Shown here: positions 7,473 to 14,778 of the stretch, in pieces
Layout of the letters: each line of letters starts with the position of its first letter
Numbering within the stretch: the stretch's first letter is position 1
Assembly (NCBI RefSeq): GCF_900167395.1
Contig: NZ_FUWK01000051.1
Coordinates: 1 to 14,778 of the forward strand
Direction of reading: 5' to 3'
From: Nitrosomonas europaea
GTDB lineage: Bacteria; Pseudomonadota; Gammaproteobacteria; Burkholderiales; Nitrosomonadaceae
Length of the DNA: 14,778 nt
Notes under the pieces: generated by a model
The model's input: only the letters and a program-made list of their open reading frames with translations
What the model was told of the DNA's origin: nothing
The model's database searches: none
Made by a program: the position numbers and the translations under genes

Positions 7473-10064
7473 ATGAAAAGTAGTGAAATCAGACAGAAAT
7501 TTCTTGAGTTTTTTGAGGCGCGGGGCCATGTCATCGTGCCATCCAGCCCGCTGGTGCCAGGGAATGATCCTACTTTGCTGTTTACCAACGCGGGTATGGT
7601 GCAGTTCAAGGATGTGTTTCTTGGCCAGGATAAACGCCCCTATGTTCGGGCTGTCAGTTCACAGCGCTGTGTACGAGCCGGTGGTAAGCATAATGACTTG
7701 GAAAATGTGGGCTATACCGCGCGGCACCATACTTTTTTCGAGATGTTGGGTAATTTCAGCTTCGGAGATTATTTCAAACGCAAAGCCATTTTGTTTGCCT
7801 GGGAGTTTCTGACTGGCTCGCTCGGCATCCCTAGAGAGAAGTTGTGGGCAACTGTGTATGCGGAGGACGATGAAGCAGCGGATATCTGGCTCAACGAAGT
7901 AGGGATTGATCCCTCACGGCTGGTTCGCATCGCGACATCGGATAATTTCTGGCAGATGGGAGATACAGGCCCTTGCGGCCCTTGTTCAGAAATTTTTTAC
8001 GATCACGGGCCTGCTGTGGCGGGTGGGCCGCCCGGATCAGAGAATGCAGAGGGTGACCGTTATATCGAAATCTGGAATCTGGTGTTCATGCAGTACAACC
8101 GTGATGCCAGTGGTGAATTGCATCCATTACCTAAACCCTCGGTGGATACCGGTATGGGACTGGAACGTATTGCAGCGGTCATGCAGCAGGTGCATAGTAA
8201 TTATGAAATCGATCTGTTCCGCAGCCTGATCGAGGCCGCAGCCAGAGTAACGGGTTCCAAGGATCTCTCAAACAACTCGCTTAAGGTCATAGCAGATCAT
8301 ATTCGTGCCTGCGCCTTTCTGATTACCGATGGTGTCATTCCCGGTAATGAAGGTCGGGGTTACGTGTTGCGGCGTATCCTGCGTCGTGCCATTCGTCATG
8401 GATATCGGTTGGGGCAGAAGCAGCCATTCTTTTATCTGCTGGTGGATGATCTGGTTGATGTTATGGGACCGGCTTATCCCGAATTGACACGAGCCAGAAA
8501 GCATGTAGCCGGCGTTATCAGGCAGGAAGAGGAGCGTTTCGCCGAAACACTGGAAAATGGCATGGAAGTGCTGGAGGCAGCGCTATCCCATGGAAACGAG
8601 ACGCTCTCAGGGGAAATCGTTTTTCGCCTGTACGATACCTTTGGTTTTCCGGTCGACCTGACAGCAGATATTGCCCGGGAGCGAGGTATCGTGATCGATA
8701 TGGCCGGGTTTGAGACATGTATGGCGCAACAGCGGGATCGCGCTCGTGCCAGTGGCAAATTCACCATGCAGACAGGCCTTGAATATACCGGACAACCAAC
8801 CGAGTTTCATGGCTATGCTACGCTGCAGCACGAGGCGCAGATTCTGGCGTTATACAAACAGGGTAGTCGTGTGGATTTTATAGAAGCCGATGACGAAGCC
8901 GTGGTCGTACTCGACCAGACTCCTTTTTACGCAGAATCGGGTGGACAGGCGGGTGACAGCGGAGAGTTGCTGTCAGGGAGTGGCACATTTACCGTAAACG
9001 ATACCCAGAAAATACAAGCCGGGGTATTCGGCCATAATGGAATGCTGAGCAGTGGCCGGATGGCAATAGGTGATCGGGTGATCGCCAGAGTCGATCAGAT
9101 TGCACGAACCAATACTGCTTACAATCACTCTGCGACGCATTTGCTGCACGCCGCATTGCGCCAGGTATTGGGTAATCATGTCACACAAAAGGGATCACTG
9201 GTGGATGCCAGCAGGTTGCGCTTCGACTTTTCGCATAACAGCGCCATGCAAGAGAATGAGATACGTCAGGTTGAAAATCTGGTTAATGCCCAAATACGTA
9301 AGAACCATGAAGTTGCGACACAGTTGATGACCTATGATGACGCTGTCAAGCAGGGAGCCATGGCATTGTTCGGTGAAAAATATGGCGATACGGTGCGCGT
9401 TGTGGCAATGGGTGATTTTTCAACTGAATTGTGTGGTGGTACGCATGTGAGTTACAGCGGGGATATCGGTTTTTTCAGGATCGTTGCCGAATCCGGTGTG
9501 GCGGCGGGGATCCGCCGGATAGAGGCACTGACAGGTGATGCAGCACTGGCTTATACGCAGCAACAGGAACAGCAGCTGCAGCAGGTTGCCGATGCGCTCA
9601 AAGCAGCACCGCAGGAAGCAGCGCAGAAGCTTTCCCAGATACTGGACAATATTCGGCAAATGGAGAAGGAGATCGCCACTTTACGATCGAAACTTGCCGG
9701 CGTGCAAAGCACTTCCCTGATTGAACAGGCACAGGAAATCAAGGGAATCCGGGTGCTGGCGACAACGTTGGAAAACGTCAATGTCAAAACGCTGCGGGAA
9801 ACACTGGATAATTTCAAGAATCGGTTGAAATCCTGTGTTGTCGTACTCGGGACGATCGAGAAGGATAAAGTGACACTCATTGCCGGTGTGACGGATGATC
9901 TGACAGTAAAACTCAAGGCCGGTGATCTGATCAACTTCGTTGCGCAACAAGTGGGCGGAAAAGGTGGTGGGCGTGCTGATATGGCGCAGGCAGGCGGTAC
10001 GTTACCGGAGAAGCTGCCACAGGCTTTGGCCAGTGTGCCGAGCTGGGTGGAACAAAATCTTTGA
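7473..10064 (+). CDS. alaS: Alanine--tRNA ligase
   Basis: [29 protein letters not shown]... is a canonical AlaRS N-terminus. The [16 protein letters not shown] and editing-domain HSATHLLH / CGGTHV motifs are present, with a C-terminal [21 protein letters not shown] lies 5 nt upstream of ATG 7473. The track start at 7410 is an in-frame extension overlapping the recX stop. Confidence 0.97.
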   Translation: MKSSEIRQKFLEFFEARGHVIVPSSPLVPGNDPTLLFTNAGMVQFKDVFLGQDKRPYVRAVSSQRCVRAGGKHNDLENVGYTARHHTFFEMLGNFSFGDYFKRKAILFAWEFLTGSLGIPREKLWATVYAEDDEAADIWLNEVGIDPSRLVRIATSDNFWQMGDTGPCGPCSEIFYDHGPAVAGGPPGSENAEGDRYIEIWNLVFMQYNRDASGELHPLPKPSVDTGMGLERIAAVMQQVHSNYEIDLFRSLIEAAARVTGSKDLSNNSLKVIADHIRACAFLITDGVIPGNEGRGYVLRRILRRAIRHGYRLGQKQPFFYLLVDDLVDVMGPAYPELTRARKHVAGVIRQEEERFAETLENGMEVLEAALSHGNETLSGEIVFRLYDTFGFPVDLTADIARERGIVIDMAGFETCMAQQRDRARASGKFTMQTGLEYTGQPTEFHGYATLQHEAQILALYKQGSRVDFIEADDEAVVVLDQTPFYAESGGQAGDSGELLSGSGTFTVNDTQKIQAGVFGHNGMLSSGRMAIGDRVIARVDQIARTNTAYNHSATHLLHAALRQVLGNHVTQKGSLVDASRLRFDFSHNSAMQENEIRQVENLVNAQIRKNHEVATQLMTYDDAVKQGAMALFGEKYGDTVRVVAMGDFSTELCGGTHVSYSGDIGFFRIVAESGVAAGIRRIEALTGDAALAYTQQQEQQLQQVADALKAAPQEAAQKLSQILDNIRQMEKEIATLRSKLAGVQSTSLIEQAQEIKGIRVLATTLENVNVKTLRETLDNFKNRLKSCVVVLGTIEKDKVTLIAGVTDDLTVKLKAGDLINFVAQQVGGKGGGRADMAQAGGTLPEKLPQALASVPSWVEQNL

Positions 10065-10091
10065 TCCGTACAGGACGTTTTAAGAAAAATG

Positions 10092-10173
10092 ATGGCAACA
10101 GCCGACAGTTTTCCAGGCTGAAGTGTGATTTTTAAAGCTGGCAGGGCTGTAGAGTACTGTCGGCACCAGCCAT
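10092..10173 (+). other. Nested inverted repeats (possible RNA stem-loop) in the alaS-trxB spacer
   Basis: ATGGC (10092..10096)/GCCAT (10169..10173). GCCGACAGT (10101..10109)/ACTGTCGGC (10156..10164). Inner CCAG(G)CT (10113..10119)/AGCTGG (10136..10141). No T-run follows the outer stem, so it is not a canonical terminator. Confidence 0.3.
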
Positions 10174-10195
10174 TTCTGAGAATTTATTCTGATAA

Positions 10196-11161
<966 letters not shown>

Positions 11162-11193
11162 ATACAATAAGTTTCTCGTTTGCATGCGTACAG

Positions 11194-11760
11194 ATGGGGT
11201 CGGACGATAAATCTTCATCTGAAGAAGTTGCTGGTGATGAAGATGCCGCTTTGTTCCGCGAGGCTATGCGGGATGTCAGGCCACTTACCCGGACGAAGAA
11301 AATCATCCGTGCGCATTCTAAACATCAAGCGCTTCCGCAACCTGGTGCGTCAGACTTGCCGGATATTCAGGATGTTCTTGCTGATGACGGCTGGCAATGG
11401 GATATGGCGGAAAGTGAAGAATGGTCGTTTGCTCGTCCGGGTTTGCAGCGGTATACCTTGCGGAAACTGCGACGCGGTAACTGGCCTGTGCAGGATGAAC
11501 TCGATCTGCACGGCCTGAACCGGGATGAAGCGCGCCGGATACTGGTGATATTTCTGAATCAAGGTGTCCTGCGGGGATTGCGTTGTGTGCGTGTCATCCA
11601 CGGCAGAGGACTCAGTTCAAGAAACCGCAAACCGGTACTAAAAATTCTGACGGGGAACTGGCTTATGCAACACGGCGATGTGCTCGCTTTTTGTCAGGCA
11701 TTGCCTGAGCAGGGGGGAAGTGGTGCTGTGCTGGTTCTTCTGAGAAATGCCGATAAATAA
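11194..11760 (+). CDS. Smr-domain protein (SmrB/YfcN-like endonuclease)
   Basis: 188 aa. The C-terminal Smr domain reads LDLHGLNRDEARRILVIFL...VRVIHGRGLSS...LKILTGNWLMQHGDVLAF, and the N-terminal DEDAALFREAMRDVRPL is typical of this family. The start codon is not supported by an obvious SD. Confidence 0.85.
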   Translation: MGSDDKSSSEEVAGDEDAALFREAMRDVRPLTRTKKIIRAHSKHQALPQPGASDLPDIQDVLADDGWQWDMAESEEWSFARPGLQRYTLRKLRRGNWPVQDELDLHGLNRDEARRILVIFLNQGVLRGLRCVRVIHGRGLSSRNRKPVLKILTGNWLMQHGDVLAFCQALPEQGGSGAVLVLLRNADK

Positions 11761-11895
11761 GCCATTGTTGCGCATATTTGCTGATTTTAGTGGCCATATA
11801 CTGAGTACTGAGAAATTTGCCTGATTAATTGATTGAATATCAATGTGATGCCGAGAGATAGAGTAATACCGAATTAACATGATTTTTGTTTATGC

Positions 11896-11912
11896 TATAC
11901 CTAATAGGTATA
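11896..11912. repeat. Perfect 17-bp palindrome TATACCTA-A-TAGGTATA in the smr-sulP intergenic region (operator-like)
   Basis: Read directly: 8-bp arms around a single central A, about 155 nt upstream of the SulP start. Confidence 0.5.
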
Positions 11913-12066
11913 AGAAGGAAGGGCAGATTGTTATAAGGTAAAAATAGACATTCAGTTTGATAGGGCCCGAGTAGTATCCGGGGCCGGATTTTTCCAGATT
12001 TTTCACTTGTTTTTATAAGTGATTTCGATTTAAACCGCCAAAAATACTACTTATCACCCACTCAGA

Positions 12067-13686
12067 ATGATGAAACTAGGTAACTTACAAAACCATATGA
12101 TCCTGCGGGATTTGTATGCCAGTATCGTTGTCTTTTTCGTAGCTTTGCCACTTTGCCTGGGTATAGCCATGGCATCGGGTGCTCCGCTTTTCTCCGGGAT
12201 TATTGCTGGAATAGTAGGCGGTATCATCGTAGGCATGGCCAGCGGTTCGCAGTTAGGCGTAAGTGGGCCGGCTGCCGGTCTGGCTGTTATCGTCCTCAAT
12301 GCCATTGCTACGTTAGGTTCGTGGGAAGCATTTCTGCTTTCAGTCATGCTTGCAGGCGTTCTTCAGATAGGCATGGGTTATCTGCGTTTGGGGGCCATTG
12401 CCTATTATTTTCCTGTTTCTGTGATCAAGGGGATGCTGAGCGGGATAGGGCTAGTCATCATACTCAAGCAAATTCCTCATGCTCTTGGCTACGATAGGGA
12501 TTTCGAAGGTGATCTTGCTTTTTTCTCACCTGATGGTGAAAGTACATTGGGATATCTGGTAGACACCCTGTATGACGTTTCACCTGCAGCAATTCTGGTT
12601 ACTGTGATCTCGATGTCGATACTGCTGCTTTGGGAAATGGTGTTATACAAGAAATACCGTATTTTCCAGATATTGCAGGGGCCGCTGGTAGTCGTCGCAA
12701 TTGGTATTCTGCTGAGCTATCTTTTCGATGAGTACATTGAGAGTTTGAATTTTGAAACCGATGATCTGGTTAATCTTCCGGTAGCTTTGTCGATACAGGA
12801 TTTTGCCGGTCAGTTTACCTTTCCGGATTTTTCGCATCTGGCCAATCCGGAAATTTATTTTATTGCCTTGGTCATCGCGGTTATTGCCAGCCTGGAAACG
12901 TTGTTGTGTGTGGAAGCAACTGACAAGCTCGATCCACTCAAAAGAGTTACTTCGACCAATCGAGAACTGGTTGCGCAAGGTTTGGGTAATACCGTATCGG
13001 GATTGATCGGTGGCCTGCCTGTTACCCAGGTTATCGTCAGAAGCTCTGCAAATATCACTTTTGGGGGACGTACGAAGTTATCGGCCATTTTTCATGGTGT
13101 GTTACTGCTTATCTGTGTCATTGTCATCCCCGGTGTCCTTAACATGATTCCGCTGGCTTCACTGGCGTGTATTTTGTTCGTAGTAGGTTATAACCTTGCG
13201 AAGCCTTCATTGTTCAAAGCGATGTATGAGTTGGGTTGGACACAGTTTGCTCCCTTCATCGCAACGGTGATTGGCATTCTGCTGACAGATTTGCTGAAGG
13301 GGATCGGTATCGGAATGGTAGTAGCCATTTTCTTTATACTCAGATCAAATTTGAAAACTGATTACGAACTTTTTCACGAGAAAAATGATGGGGTGAAAAA
13401 GATCAGGCTGGTACTGGCAGAGGATGTTTCATTCCTTAACAAGGGCAGTATCGGTAAAGCACTCAAGGAGTTCGAACCGGATTCATGGGTCATTATTGAT
13501 GGCAGCGAATCCAAGTATATCGATCACGATATTATCGAGATCATCAGGGATTTCACTGTCAATGCTCATATACGTGATATCAATGTTGAAGTTATCGGTA
13601 TACCTACTTTGGAAACAAAGAGCAGGTATCAGCGCATCATGGAAACCCGGTACGGGCGGCCTGATTCTCCTGCTGTAAAGAGCTAA
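12067..13686 (+). CDS. SulP-family inorganic anion transporter with C-terminal STAS-like domain
   Basis: 539 aa, multi-pass hydrophobic. It has SulP-type N-terminal motifs (VALPLCLGIAMASGAPLFSGIIAGIVGGIIVG..SGSQLGVSGPAAGLAVIV, RELVAQGLGNTVSGLIGGLPVTQVIVRSSAN) and a soluble C-terminal about 110 aa. The start is uncertain: ATG 12067 or 12070, or the ATG at 12097 (MILRDL...). Confidence 0.9.
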   Translation: MMKLGNLQNHMILRDLYASIVVFFVALPLCLGIAMASGAPLFSGIIAGIVGGIIVGMASGSQLGVSGPAAGLAVIVLNAIATLGSWEAFLLSVMLAGVLQIGMGYLRLGAIAYYFPVSVIKGMLSGIGLVIILKQIPHALGYDRDFEGDLAFFSPDGESTLGYLVDTLYDVSPAAILVTVISMSILLLWEMVLYKKYRIFQILQGPLVVVAIGILLSYLFDEYIESLNFETDDLVNLPVALSIQDFAGQFTFPDFSHLANPEIYFIALVIAVIASLETLLCVEATDKLDPLKRVTSTNRELVAQGLGNTVSGLIGGLPVTQVIVRSSANITFGGRTKLSAIFHGVLLLICVIVIPGVLNMIPLASLACILFVVGYNLAKPSLFKAMYELGWTQFAPFIATVIGILLTDLLKGIGIGMVVAIFFILRSNLKTDYELFHEKNDGVKKIRLVLAEDVSFLNKGSIGKALKEFEPDSWVIIDGSESKYIDHDIIEIIRDFTVNAHIRDINVEVIGIPTLETKSRYQRIMETRYGRPDSPAVKS

Positions 13687-13724
13687 AGAAGTTTTTTCTA
13701 TCACCCTTCAATTAACAGATCAAT

Positions 13725-14351
13725 ATGAGAACGCTTACCAGGGAAATGCAGGCACATTTGTCGCCTGAGCAGGCGATACAGCTGTTGAAAGATGGTAATC
13801 AGCGTTTTGTGAGCAATCTGAAGCTGAACCGGAACTTGCTGCAGCAGGTGAATGAAACATCCGAAGGGCAATTTCCGTTTGCTGTGATTCTGAGCTGTAT
13901 CGATTCTCGTACTTCGGCTGAGTTGATATTTGACCAGGGATTGGGAGATATTTTCAGTTGCAGGATAGCAGGTAATATTCTGAATGAAGATATCCTGGGA
14001 AGTATGGAGTTTGCCTGTCATATCGCAGGTTCAAAGGTCATCGTGATACTGGGTCATACCAAGTGCGGTGCAGTCCAGGGAGTGTGTCACGGTATTAAAC
14101 TGGGTAATCTGACTGCTTTGCTGGATAAGCTGCAACCGGTTGTGGATGCAGAATTATCTGGAAAAAATATTTCTGATATTTCAGATCCCGAGTTTATGGA
14201 GAATGTCGCGCGCTTGAATGTGCATTATGTAATAAATGAAATTCCTAAACGGAGTCAGGTGATTGCAGAGATGCTCGGCAATGGTAAGGTTGCTCTGGTA
14301 GGTGGCATGTATGATGTGGATACGGGGATAGTTACGTTTTACGATAAATAA
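13725..14351 (+). CDS. Beta-class carbonic anhydrase
   Basis: 208 aa with beta-CA zinc-site motifs SCIDSR (Cys-x-Asp-x-Arg) and GHTKCGAV (His-x-x-Cys), plus N-terminal LKDGNQRFV. It starts 38 nt after the SulP stop on the same strand. Confidence 0.9.
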   Translation: MRTLTREMQAHLSPEQAIQLLKDGNQRFVSNLKLNRNLLQQVNETSEGQFPFAVILSCIDSRTSAELIFDQGLGDIFSCRIAGNILNEDILGSMEFACHIAGSKVIVILGHTKCGAVQGVCHGIKLGNLTALLDKLQPVVDAELSGKNISDISDPEFMENVARLNVHYVINEIPKRSQVIAEMLGNGKVALVGGMYDVDTGIVTFYDK

Positions 14352-14443
14352 AAGTTTTTGCTATAACGTTATTTATATATGCTGGCTGGCAGTTTCTACC
14401 GTCAGACCATTTTTCAGAGACCCAGTTTGGTCATCAGATTATC

Positions 14444-14778
14444 TGTAGTAGTTCAGATTTGATCTGACAGCAGGTCTTGCCAAGAGGTGGGATTACCCGG
14501 TTTGATAGAGGTGCGAATCTTTATCAACCAAACGCGAAAGCGTAAAGGAGTAATCCCATGAGCAGTGTTCATCATAAAATCATTAAACACAAGATTGGCT
14601 TGCTTAATCTGGCAGCTGAGCTTGGCAATGTATCCCGTGCCTGTAAGGTGATGGGTTTTTCTCGCGATACTTTCTATCGCTATCAGGCAGCTGTGGAAAC
14701 AGGAGGTGTTGAAGCTCTGATAGATGCAAACCGACGTAAGCCCAATATCAAGAACCGTGTAGAAGAAGCGACGGAAGC
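14444..14778 (+). mobile_element. Left portion of an IS481-like insertion sequence (left boundary speculative)
   Basis: Transposase at 14558 onward. IS481-family ends commonly begin TGT, and TGTAGTAG at 14444 is flanked by palindromes built on CAGAT/ATCTG. The second end is not in the window, so the boundary is unverified. Confidence 0.3.
14558..14778 (+). CDS. IS481-like (integrase-core/rve type) transposase, N-terminal HTH region (partial; continues beyond the right edge)
   Basis: AAGGAG (14545..14550) lies 7 nt upstream of ATG 14558. The translation MSSVHHKIIKHKIGLLNLAAELGNVSRACKVMGFSRDTFYRYQAAVETGGVEALIDANRRKPNIKNRVEEATE matches the conserved HTH N-terminus I associate with IS481-family transposases. 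Not in the ORF track because there is no stop in the window. Confidence 0.8.
   Translation, partial: MSSVHHKIIKHKIGLLNLAAELGNVSRACKVMGFSRDTFYRYQAAVETGGVEALIDANRRKPNIKNRVEEATE

Noticed and set aside
8438-8445. Chi-like octamer GCTGGTGG inside alaS
   Set aside because: A single occurrence within coding sequence, close to chance expectation. Chi sequences are lineage-specific, and there is no reason to think the E. coli motif applies here.
11638-11880. 80-aa minus-strand ORF spanning the smr 3-prime end and the intergenic region
   Set aside because: It overlaps the well-supported Smr CDS by about 120 nt and has no recognisable family or SD. Its composition is dominated by AT-rich intergenic codons.
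11964-11995. GGCCC-N12-GGGCC hairpin followed by GGATTTTT, considered as a terminator
   Set aside because: Only a 5-bp stem with a 12-nt loop, located about 200 nt beyond the smr stop. Too weak to call.
14363-14372. 10-bp palindrome ATAACGTTAT after the carbonic anhydrase stop
   Set aside because: Too short and AT-rich to be significant, with no following T-tract. Not a credible terminator.

Overview
Mid-GC proteobacterial chromosomal segment made almost entirely of core housekeeping genes, bracketed by fragments of two unrelated insertion sequences. Left to right: (1) the N-terminal part of an IS5-family transposase on the minus strand, running off the left edge. The ORF track misses it and shows only its antisense shadow. 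(2) A DUF3750-like lipoprotein (-). (3) A 372-nt unassigned gap ending in a strong terminator. (4) A co-directional minus-strand cluster adk -> pfp -> hppA: adenylate kinase apparently initiated at ATT, PPi-dependent phosphofructokinase, and a K+-independent-type H+-pyrophosphatase. (5) Divergently, recA-recX-alaS (+), trxB (+) and an Smr-domain protein (+). (6) A SulP anion transporter plus beta-carbonic anhydrase pair (+). (7) The N-terminus of an IS481-like transposase (+), running off the right edge. I found no rRNA, tRNA or CRISPR array. I also found no convincing novel multi-gene system: no defence, toxin-antitoxin or secretion genes. All long ORFs have ordinary, recognisable functions. 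The items most worth a second look are the apparent ATT start of adk behind a perfect Shine-Dalgarno, the adk-pfp-hppA pyrophosphate-economy cluster, the SulP/beta-CA candidate bicarbonate module next to an IS, and the large ORF-free gap at 1107..1478. The gene content (PPi-PFK plus H+-PPase, several IS elements) is reminiscent of nitrifier or methanotroph genomes such as Nitrosomonas, but that is a memory-based guess I cannot verify here.
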